A DNA stretch of 64,000 nt from an uncultured Clostridia bacterium (GTDB taxonomy: Bacteria; Bacillota; Clostridia; TANB77; CAG-508), in NCBI GenBank assembly GCA_944387405.1, contig CALXET010000005.1:30823-94822 (forward strand), written 5' to 3'. The notes beneath the pieces are model-generated. The model saw only the letters and a list, made by a program, of their open reading frames with translations, was not told the origin of the DNA and made no database searches. The translations under genes and the position numbers were made by a program. Of the stretch, positions 42,219 through 51,400 are shown one piece after another. Position 1 is the first letter of the stretch. Every line of letters starts with the position of its first letter.

Positions 42219-43361
42219 CTATTGGGCTTTTTCTTTATTTTTATAATAATTAAAAGCTTTTACCAAACAATATAATTCTTTTATATTAGCAATATCACTA
42301 TTAAATGGAGGTATTCTATCCTTAAAATGCTTTAATAATATTTCTTCCATATCTTCATTATTCCAGTACTCATATAGCTTAGTATAATAATAACTTGACA
42401 TATTTGTAAAATATTCTGTATTACAAAAAACCACTTCTTCAATTTTACTTATTTGCTTTTCTTCTTCCGGATTTTGTATTATATCATATAAAATTGAAAC
42501 ATTTTCAATATTTTTTTCTCTATATTTTTCATATTCATTTTGATTATACTTATTTGTTATTTTTGTATTTATCAATATTCTCAAAACATCTATTATGTAT
42601 TTATATCTGGAATTAAGCCTTTTCTTGTCTTCTTTTTCTAAAATATTAAGTTGAATTATAGGATTATGATTTTTTTCTATTTTATTTCTTGCCACTTCTT
42701 TTTTATAATCCTTAATCATAGTTATTATTTCTTTATATAACGAGTCTAAATATACAATATATTTATCTAGATACTTATTTATATCCTCGAATTTAAATCC
42801 AAAACTTTCTTGTAAAAATTCCTTAGACTTCTTTTTACTCCACAGAAAGGTATAGTAATCCCAACCTTTTGTTGTACCGTGTAGTCTATCTAATATTGAA
42901 TTATATGGTGTTGGATATGTAGCTACAATAAATTCTTCATTATCCTTTAACTCTGTTGGATGAGCTCCAAATATAGCTCTTATGTTTTGAAAATAATTCC
43001 AATCATCTTTATTTTTATCACCAAATATATTGTTTTCTCCATAAAAAAGATGAATTCCATCTTTATTTTTCACAATTTTATATATATCATTTATGCCTTT
43101 TACAACAATATCAACTGCAGATATAAACAGGTATACTTCTCCCCAATTATAATCTTTTTTATTTTTCTTCAATAAATTATCACTACATAGATAATCTTCT
43201 ACTACTCTGAACCAGTGCATTACGGAACAAATAATACTCCACTTATCTTCTCCATATCTTTTATCAAGAATTAATAATATATCATCTTGATTTTGTCCAT
43301 TAATAAATTTTTCTAAACTATTTAATTTTTTTATTCTATCTTCATATTTCAATTTATTCAC
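42219..43361 (-). CDS. Hypothetical protein with HEPN-like R-x5-H motif, downstream of the RT
   Basis: YFQNIRAIFGAHP; starts 29 nt after RT stop. Confidence 0.55.
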   Translation of the reverse strand: MNKLKYEDRIKKLNSLEKFINGQNQDDILLILDKRYGEDKWSIICSVMHWFRVVEDYLCSDNLLKKNKKDYNWGEVYLFISAVDIVVKGINDIYKIVKNKDGIHLFYGENNIFGDKNKDDWNYFQNIRAIFGAHPTELKDNEEFIVATYPTPYNSILDRLHGTTKGWDYYTFLWSKKKSKEFLQESFGFKFEDINKYLDKYIVYLDSLYKEIITMIKDYKKEVARNKIEKNHNPIIQLNILEKEDKKRLNSRYKYIIDVLRILINTKITNKYNQNEYEKYREKNIENVSILYDIIQNPEEEKQISKIEEVVFCNTEYFTNMSSYYYTKLYEYWNNEDMEEILLKHFKDRIPPFNSDIANIKELYCLVKAFNYYKNKEKAQ

Positions 43362-43390
43362 CTACTATAATAATTTTACACTTCTATTTA

Positions 43391-44299
43391 TTATTTTTGT
43401 ATTTGCAATATTAATTGATTATATCCTTTTAATTTTAATATTTTTTTCTCCTTTTCTATATGTTTATTATTCTTTAATTTTATAATTCTATATCTTATTT
43501 TATTAGGAAGTACTAATTTATTTCCATCTTTTGATATAATATTGCCTGTTACTCTTTTAAACTCATTGGAATAATACTTTTTTAATTTTTTCTTTTGTAT
43601 GTTATAACCATTTCTTTTTATTATCGAAATAATTTTATTAATAATCTCATTATTTATCATCTTGTTTGAAGAAATAACTACATCATCCACATAAATAGAA
43701 ACTTTACACCCACTAATTTTTGCAACATTTGATATTTCATTAAACATATCAATGTTAGACAAGTAGGACATAATACAGCTTATAGAAGATCCTGTTGGTA
43801 TATGTTTCATTTGATGTATTTTATTATCTTTTAGATAGTCTAAAACATTATTATCTAAATTAGAAATTTTTTCTAAATTAACTGTACATAAATCTGTTAA
43901 AATCTCAGCCACATCACTGCTATTCATTAACTTATTTTTAAAGAACTTATATACTTTTTCTCTACTAATATTAGGAAAAAACTTATTTATATCAAGTGCA
44001 ACCACATATTTACTTTCTAAATGATACAAACCATTATCAATATATGATTTTCCAGGTATTCCTGAAAAAATATTTTCATCATACTTTATATCTTTTAATA
44101 ATATTTGTATTCTTTTTTGAATAGATTTTAATTCTTTCGAATCTATTGGCTCAATAAGTCTCTTTTTTCCTTTATTAGCAATATATGGTTTATATAAATT
44201 ACAAATTTGACTAATATTTTTTTTGCTATTTATTTTTAATAACACTCTTATATCTCTTTTTCTTTTAATTCCATAAAGTTTACAGGTAGTTAAATCCAT
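43391..44299 (-). CDS. Retron-type reverse transcriptase
   Basis: KKRLIEP, SYIDNGLYH (NAxxH-like), LDINKFFPNI, PTGSSIS, YVDD, RVTG; 302 aa with no maturase/endonuclease domain. Confidence 0.88.
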   Translation of the reverse strand: MDLTTCKLYGIKRKRDIRVLLKINSKKNISQICNLYKPYIANKGKKRLIEPIDSKELKSIQKRIQILLKDIKYDENIFSGIPGKSYIDNGLYHLESKYVVALDINKFFPNISREKVYKFFKNKLMNSSDVAEILTDLCTVNLEKISNLDNNVLDYLKDNKIHQMKHIPTGSSISCIMSYLSNIDMFNEISNVAKISGCKVSIYVDDVVISSNKMINNEIINKIISIIKRNGYNIQKKKLKKYYSNEFKRVTGNIISKDGNKLVLPNKIRYRIIKLKNNKHIEKEKKILKLKGYNQLILQIQK

Positions 44300-44304
44300 A
44301 TAAA

Positions 44305-44359
44305 AATTCCCCCTTTTATAAATAAATTATATTTTAATTTACTTATAAAAAGGGAAATT
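44305..44359 (-). promoter_or_regulatory. 24-bp hairpin occluding the RT Shine-Dalgarno
   Basis: Arms 44305-44328 and 44336-44359; all 3 mismatches are G-U wobbles on the minus strand. Confidence 0.7.
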
Positions 44360-44570
44360 AGTTAGTTTTTTTAGAATTAATAATAATAGTTATTATATTA
44401 TTACCAACGATAGCAGTGATCGCAGTTACTATTATTATAGGATTCCACCTTAAGTAAGTTCCAATAATTGACACTACTAAAAATTCTAAAATTATAGGTA
44501 TAACTTCAATTATTTTTTCCAATAACTGAATTACCAATTTTTGTTTCTGCTTTTTAGGTAATATCATCAT
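44358..44570 (-). CDS. ~70-aa two-TM hydrophobic peptide, candidate toxic effector
   Basis: SD AGGAGGTG then ATG 44570; basic N-terminus, two hydrophobic stretches, KK at C-terminus. Confidence 0.7.
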   Translation of the reverse strand: MMILPKKQKQKLVIQLLEKIIEVIPIILEFLVVSIIGTYLRWNPIIIVTAITAIVGNNIITIIINSKKTN

Positions 44571-44572
44571 TT

Positions 44573-44901
44573 CATTCACCTCCTATTGTAAATTAGAACA
44601 TCTATATAGTTTGGTGCGCACTTATTCAAACTATTATAAACGCCCTTCGCTTCTAATTTAGGAATTGTGAATGGTAGTACTATCCGGAACTAACTATTTC
44701 CATGTCCTTCGCATAATATGCAAAGTAATTTTATTCATGACAATATAAACAATAATATATCATGAATATATGAACTTTGAACAGTATGATTGTTCTTTCT
44801 GCATTAGATATACATTTATATATTCCCACGAATAATGCGAACTAAAAGTTCTCGCTATCTTTCGATAACCAATAGAAGGGTATTTCGAACACTTTGGAAC
44901 T
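44573..44901 (-). ncRNA. Structured RT-associated ncRNA/leader (msr-msd-like candidate)
   Basis: At least 7 hairpins incl. a GAAA tetraloop, closed by UUCCA/UGGAA and CCUUC/GAAGG, followed by a 101-nt hairpin. Confidence 0.7.
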
Positions 44902-44907
44902 ATAGTA

Positions 44908-44936
44908 AGTATATTATATTTTTTTAATCTTTTCAA
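44908..44936 (-). promoter_or_regulatory. sigma70-type promoter for the ncRNA-peptide-RT transcript
   Basis: TTGAAA (44936-44931)-N17-TATACT (44913-44908); predicted TSS ~44901. Confidence 0.6.
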
Positions 44937-44975
44937 GCATCCTTTAACTATTTCCTTTACTAACACGTTTATTCT

Positions 44976-45755
44976 CTATTTTTTTAATACAAATACATAT
45001 TCGTGTGCCAATAAATAAAAATCCATATTCTTATTTTTCCAATAACCTGTCATCTTACAATTATGTTGTTCTTTTATAATTATTTCTTTTAATGTGAAAC
45101 CTGTTTGAATAAAAATATTCATGACATAAAAACCTAATGGAATAATATTCTTATTTTTTCTAATATCTCCTATTAAAATTGAACAAATTTTATCTTTTTT
45201 TAGAACCCTAAAACATTCTTTTGAAAATAAACTTATTTGATTTAAAAATTCTTGTAAGTTTAATCTTGATAAATCTTCTTCTATATCTTCACTATATTTT
45301 ATAATATTGGCATATGGTGGATGTGCAAATATAAAATCTATTTTTTCATTTGGTATTATTTTTTGTAAATTGGTTGAATCTGCCCTTAATAATCTTGGTT
45401 CATATATAGTTTGGTATTTAAAGTTTAATCTACTTCTAGCTAATTTTAAAGCATCTATATTTATGTCAATTCCTATTCCTTTTCTATTTAGTAATTTACA
45501 TTCTATCATTGATGTACCACTTCCACAAAAAGGATCTAAGACTATATCTTTTTCTTCCGTATATTTTAATATTAAATTTCTTGGTACTTGTGGTGGGCAA
45601 TTACCTCTATAATCTCCTTTATGTGTTGCCCATTTTCCTCTTTCTTTAAAACTCCATATTGTAGTTCTTTCTAATTTAAATTCTTTTGGATTATATATCA
45701 ATAAACATTCCTCCTTAATTATAAAGAGCAACCTTAATAAAAAAGTTGCCCCCAA
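44976..45755 (-). CDS. Additional N4-C/N6-A DNA methyltransferase
   Basis: VLDPFCGSGT, FAHPPY, WATHKGDYRGN; real start probably TTG ~45702. Confidence 0.8.
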   Translation of the reverse strand: MGATFLLRLLFIIKEECLLIYNPKEFKLERTTIWSFKERGKWATHKGDYRGNCPPQVPRNLILKYTEEKDIVLDPFCGSGTSMIECKLLNRKGIGIDINIDALKLARSRLNFKYQTIYEPRLLRADSTNLQKIIPNEKIDFIFAHPPYANIIKYSEDIEEDLSRLNLQEFLNQISLFSKECFRVLKKDKICSILIGDIRKNKNIIPLGFYVMNIFIQTGFTLKEIIIKEQHNCKMTGYWKNKNMDFYLLAHEYVFVLKK

Positions 45756-45774
45756 AAAACTTTTATAATATCTT

Positions 45775-46710
45775 TTATTTAAAATATTCTTTTATTACTT
45801 CTTCTAACATTCCGTTTTTTGCAAGATAAAAGTTCATAAGATAATTCATATTTCTAAATCCCTTTTGTAACTGATTTTTTGATTTATTATCCCAACATAA
45901 ACCATCTGTTAGTAATACAAATCCCATATTTAACTTATCTAAATCATGTTGCCTATTAATATAACTATCAATTATTTCTTCAGGTTTTGATCCTCCCCTA
46001 AAGAAATAATCCACTTCTATATTTAAAGCTTTATTATCTTTTATTAATATAAAATCTGCTTTTCTATTTGCAATATCTTCCGATACACTAAAGCCATAAT
46101 CTTTCAGTTTTTTAAATTGCTTTTGTGATAACATCGTTACACTATATTTTTCACAAATTTTCTTTATTACTGGTTCACAAGCATCTTCAAATGCTGTTCC
46201 ACCTCTGTTTTTTCTACCATTAGAATCTAACCCTACTAATACTCCAATAACGTAATCGGTTAAACTTTTTTCAACTAGATTTTCACATAAACTTTTTAAA
46301 CCAATTCTTTCAAAGAAATAATAATAATTTTCTATTTCCTTTTTAGAAAGTCCTTGTTTTAATTTCTCTATTTCAAAAGAAAACTTCAAATTTTCATCAT
46401 TCCCTATTTCATCGCCAACAACTGCTAATAAATTTTTTCCATACCATACTTCTGTTCTTTCATTTTTTGAAAGTGCAAATAATAATGGGAAAGTAGCAAT
46501 AACTGTTGGTACTTTTTCTACTAGTTTGTAAAACTTCTCTTTAATATTATCTGCTCTTATCAATACATTCATTGCGTTCAATTCTATCTCAAATTCCTTA
46601 TACGCTTTTGCATTTTTCCAATTAACATAAAAGTCAAATCCTCTATTAGTTTCCAATAAATTATTTACAAATATTTCTGACAACTTATCATAATCCATTT
46701 CTAAGTACAT
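45775..46710 (-). CDS. dpnB: DpnII-family type II restriction endonuclease
   Basis: YVIGVLVGLDSNGRKNRGG, ADFI, IEVDYF..GGSK, LLTDG; follows two MTases. Confidence 0.85.
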   Translation of the reverse strand: MYLEMDYDKLSEIFVNNLLETNRGFDFYVNWKNAKAYKEFEIELNAMNVLIRADNIKEKFYKLVEKVPTVIATFPLLFALSKNERTEVWYGKNLLAVVGDEIGNDENLKFSFEIEKLKQGLSKKEIENYYYFFERIGLKSLCENLVEKSLTDYVIGVLVGLDSNGRKNRGGTAFEDACEPVIKKICEKYSVTMLSQKQFKKLKDYGFSVSEDIANRKADFILIKDNKALNIEVDYFFRGGSKPEEIIDSYINRQHDLDKLNMGFVLLTDGLCWDNKSKNQLQKGFRNMNYLMNFYLAKNGMLEEVIKEYFK

Positions 46711-47486
46711 TATTGTTCCTCCTTCATTTTTTTATATCTTCTTATAGATAGTTCTATATATTTTTTCTCGTTGTCTATCCCTATGTATCTTCTATTTAAT
46801 CCAACTGCTGATATTCCTGTTGTACTACTACCACAAAATGGATCTAAAATCAAATCTTCTTCTTTGGTTGAAGCAAGTATTATTCTATCTAATATTTCTA
46901 ACGGTTTTTGTGTGGGATGTTTTCCACATTTCTTTTCGGATGGTTTTGTCAACGAAGTTGTCCAAACATCTTTCATTTGTTTATTATTGTTAATTTCTTT
47001 CATTAAAGTATAATTGAATGTATATTTCACATTTTTTAAATCTTTCCTTGCCCATAATATAGTTTCTGTTGAATGTGTAAATGTCTTGCACGCCAAATTG
47101 GGTGGTGGATTAGTCTTTTGCCATGTTATATTATTTATTATTTTGAATCCCTCTTCTTCGAGTGCCATACCAATTGAATAAATATTATGTAATGTACCAC
47201 TTATCCATATAGTTCCGTTATCTTTTAAAATTCTATAACATTCTTTTATCCATTTTTTATTAAACTTATGTTTTTCTTTAATTGATAATGTTTTATCCCA
47301 TTCGCCTTTATTAACACTAACCATTTTTCCACCGCTACATGTAATACCATTTCCAGAAAGGAAATATGGCGGATCTGCAAAAATCATATCTATACTCTTA
47401 TCTTCAAATTTTTTAATTGCCTTAAATATATCATTATAAATCAATTTGAAGCTATCGGATTCAAAATAGTATTTCCCTCTATACAT
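46710..47486 (-). CDS. dpnA: DpnA-like adenine methyltransferase
   Basis: FADPPYFLS, SVNKGEWD, KHPTQKP, LDPFCGSSTTG. Confidence 0.85.
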   Translation of the reverse strand: MYRGKYYFESDSFKLIYNDIFKAIKKFEDKSIDMIFADPPYFLSGNGITCSGGKMVSVNKGEWDKTLSIKEKHKFNKKWIKECYRILKDNGTIWISGTLHNIYSIGMALEEEGFKIINNITWQKTNPPPNLACKTFTHSTETILWARKDLKNVKYTFNYTLMKEINNNKQMKDVWTTSLTKPSEKKCGKHPTQKPLEILDRIILASTKEEDLILDPFCGSSTTGISAVGLNRRYIGIDNEKKYIELSIRRYKKMKEEQ

Positions 47487-48412
47487 TTTATTTCTCCATT
47501 ATAAGAATTCTGTGTTTTATAATTTGTTATTAGAAGTTCGGATATTTCACCTCTTCCTTTTGAATTAGCATTTATCATTCTTTTAGCATAAACTTTATTA
47601 ATATTAAATCCCCCATAGATGTTTTCAAAAAAGAAATCATCTTTATTTGTATTCTTAGGATTTGAATTACTAAGCATAACTTTTACATTATTCTTGTTCA
47701 ATTCTCTATAGTATGAAGCTAATTCTTTTTGAGCCTCATCATCAAAATCTTCTTTAGTATATGACGTAAATCCTGATGTAACATTTAAAGGTCTATATGG
47801 TGGATCAAAATAAACAAAAGTATTTTTCTTTATATATTTTTCACTTGTTCTATAATCTCCATATTGAAAATTTACATTTTTTATAAGATTAGACAGTCCT
47901 CTTAAGTTTTCCTCATCACAAATAGTTGGATTTTTATAATTCCCCATAGGAACATTAAAATCTCCTTTTTTATTTACTCTATATAATCCGTTAAAACATG
48001 TTCTATTTAAAAATATAAATTCTACTGCCTTTTGTACTGACATTTCATCTTTAGCTAATTTGTGTACATTATAATTCTTTCTTATTTTATAGAAGTATTC
48101 CTTTCTATTCTCTTTTTCCATACACAAATATTCTCTTTCTAATAGCTTTAAATTAGCTATCAATTCATCAACATGATTTTTTATTACGTTATAAGAATTT
48201 ATTAGTTCTAAATTTATATCAAAAGCATACACTTCTTTAACTTTATAACTTTGCAGTATATCTATTAATACTGCTCCTCCACCAACAAAAGGCTCTATAT
48301 AACAATCTATTTTGCCATTTTGTAATTCTAATGGATAAAACTTTTCTAATTGATTTAATAGGCTACCTTTGCCTCCTGCCCATTTTACAAATGGCTTTAT
48401 TTTATTTTGCAT
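47441..48412 (-). CDS. dpnM: Dam/DpnM adenine methyltransferase (GATC)
   Basis: KWAGGK, EPFVGGGA, FNGLYRVN, YFDPPY. Confidence 0.9.
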   Translation of the reverse strand: MQNKIKPFVKWAGGKGSLLNQLEKFYPLELQNGKIDCYIEPFVGGGAVLIDILQSYKVKEVYAFDINLELINSYNVIKNHVDELIANLKLLEREYLCMEKENRKEYFYKIRKNYNVHKLAKDEMSVQKAVEFIFLNRTCFNGLYRVNKKGDFNVPMGNYKNPTICDEENLRGLSNLIKNVNFQYGDYRTSEKYIKKNTFVYFDPPYRPLNVTSGFTSYTKEDFDDEAQKELASYYRELNKNNVKVMLSNSNPKNTNKDDFFFENIYGGFNINKVYAKRMINANSKGRGEISELLITNYKTQNSYNGEIKCIEGNTILNPIASN

Positions 48413-48476
48413 TTTTTCACCTCTTATGTTTTGTATTTTATCATATATAATAAGTTTTTACAATAAAATTAAACTC

Positions 48477-51400
48477 TTAATTATCACTTTCATCGTAGTC
48501 ATCCCAAATTTCTTCAATATTCTCAATTAATAAATCGTAGAACTTGTTATTTTTCCATTTTTTCTCATCTTCTTTTTCTTTTTTGTATACTATACATTTC
48601 TTACATTCTGCATTTTGCTGTCTAGAATAATATTTATGACTTTTATAATGTTTATATTTCTCAATACTACCATCAGAATTTATTTGAATTTGAAGTGCGG
48701 AATCTTCACAATAACCAGTTTTAGGATGGTATTTTTCTGTAAAACAAAAATATTTGTAATTATGTTTTTTTATTAATATATCGTAATATTTTTTCTTTAT
48801 GTATAAAGTACCAGAGCATCCTTTTCTATACCACATTCCCTCATTATTATTAACTAATATAATTTTTTCTTCATTAACACCATTCCATGATGAAGAAAAT
48901 TTGTTGTAATGCAAATCAAATTCTTTTATGATTATTGATGGTGGCAAATTAAAATCTGTTGTTACATATATATTATTTAAATCACTTGCACTATATAAGC
49001 TAGTTGTCATTTTATAATTTTCATTTTTATAATCTTCAAAATTTCCTCTATATTTATTTGTTTCTATTGTATATTTTCTATCTTCATTACTAATACCACA
49101 TAAATTGTAGTTTTCATCTATTGCTAGATTTATTATATATGTATCAATCCAACTATTACCGTACTCATCATCTGATTTTTCATCTAGCCTTATACTCCCA
49201 TACAACATATAATATTTTTCATTTTTATACGTTATAGGTTCTATAATTTTTTTTATATTATTTAAACTTAATTCACTATCTTTCACCCATTTAATATTCT
49301 TTTTTTCTGGAACAATTATTTTTTTTAAAGTTTTATTATCTAAATTTTCTATATCTTGATTAAAAACAGCTACCGGATAATATATTTCAGCTTTTTCATC
49401 ATATCTATCATACAAGTTAAATTGATATCCCTTATAATCTCCATATATTTCAAACTCATTTGTAAAGTAATTACAAGTCATAGAGCCATTAATTTTCGAA
49501 AATGACAATTCTAAAGCCTTATATATAATTCCTTTTTCCTCTTCTTCGTACACATATATATTATCTAAATCTTTGATTTTTATATTATATTTTTTCATAT
49601 ATGTCTTAAAAATTTTTTGCCATGCTAAATAAATTACTCTATCCTCTATCTCTTCTTCATTTATTGAAAATTTTTTATCTATAAAATTCTCTTTAAAATA
49701 TGTTGAATTGCATTCATTATTATTCAAACATTTAAAGTGGTTTTGAATAAAACTATTTACTTTTATAATGGCTTTTTTTTCTTCTTTCAGAAATTTAGTT
49801 TGAAATGTTATAGAAGAATTATAAGTTTCAAATCCAAAGAAATCATAGTCATATTTATATGTAAAAAATATTCTATGTAAAAATTTTAAAATATTATTGT
49901 CTATCCTTTTGTCTGTATCTAGAATATAATTTGTCTTTTCCATTTTTTCATAATTTTCTTTTCCATATAAATAATTACTGATAAAGTATAAATTCTTAAT
50001 ATTACAAAAATCTATGACATTTATTCTATTAAAAAATTTTTTTATTATTTTATTATTCTTTTTTAAAGAACTTAATACTTGTACTACCATTTCTTGTATA
50101 TATTCATCTTTAACTTCACTATATATTGATATCAATTTATTAATATACTCTGAATGAATATTAGTTATTTCAAATATAAGTTTTTTTGCTAAAGTTCTAT
50201 TCAATTTATTGACTAATGATGAGCACCAAACTGCATACCAAAACTTTTCTTCTATGTATTTTTTATCATAATTAAATTTACTAACAGTTTGAACATATAC
50301 TTTTAATTTGTGTCTAATTTTTTTAACATCATATCCAACTATATTCAATTGCTTTTTATCGTAAATTTTTTTTAATTTATCATTTAAAAAATTTGTACAA
50401 TTAAAAGGATTGCTTTCATTTCCTCCAGCTCGAATTAGTAATTGCTCTAAGGGAATATTTACCTTAAGTAATTTTTGAATTTTCGTCATATTGTTAGTAC
50501 TTAAATTTAATTCATTAAAAATCTCTATATCCAGATAATTATTTAAAGCAGTCTCTTTTATTATTTTTATAGCTATTTCTATATTATCTTCATATTTTTC
50601 AAATAGCATTAAAATAACTTGATCATGTATACTATAAAATACTTTTACAATTTTACTTATATATTCTTTAGTTTCAGATATATTTAATCCATCTAAATTA
50701 TCAAATAAAAATCTTGCAATTAAATAATCTGTTAAAGTTTCATTTATAAAATAAATAAAAGTATCATTATCATAATCATAGGTACCAACAAAATTATTTG
50801 TTTTCATTTTATTCATATATGCACTAAAGTCAGTTATATTTAATTTATTCAACTCATCTACTTTTATTTCTTTACTTTTATTTTTAAACATCTCACCAAT
50901 TATTTTCTTTGTAATATTCCAATCATTTCTAGTTAAAACATTCTTAATAAAATGCTCATAAATATATGTACCTTTTGTAATTGGTTTTAATCCTTTATTT
51001 ATTAATTGATTTTCACTTATTGACTTTATTATTAGTTTTAAATGCAATGGATTATTATCATATAATAATCTATCATATATTGATAAGTCCAAATTATATT
51101 TTTCTGATATTTTTTCTAATGCATTATCCGGATCTACACCTGTAAAAATTTCTTCAATATCAACTAATTTTTTTAGTCTTTGTATTTCTTTTTCAGCCAT
51201 TGAGAAATCTCTTAATGAAATTATGACTCTTAAATTTGAATTGTTCCTGTTATCATTTATAAATTTATATATTTTTTCTCTTAAACCTTCGTTAAATTCG
51301 TTAATTGCATCAATTATAAAATAAAATCTATCATTTTTTATATTTTTAACTATATCTTTAAAGATATCATTTTCTATATTTTCACAATATTTTCCATATA

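Noticed and set aside
43391-44299. RT as group II intron, DGR or CRISPR-associated RT
   Set aside because: Short, no maturase or intron domain V seen, no TR/VR pair or Avd-like gene, no cas1; VTG and NAxxH-like motifs favour retron type
44686-44902. GGAACTA direct repeats 210 nt apart as a DRT2-like rolling-circle hidden ORF
   Set aside because: All six frames of the interval contain stop codons; the other repeat (CCTTCGC) is 62 nt apart, not a multiple of 3
44760-44966. 68-aa ORF upstream of the RT locus
   Set aside because: Starts upstream of the predicted promoter, has no clear SD and overlaps the hairpin-dense RNA; more likely incidental
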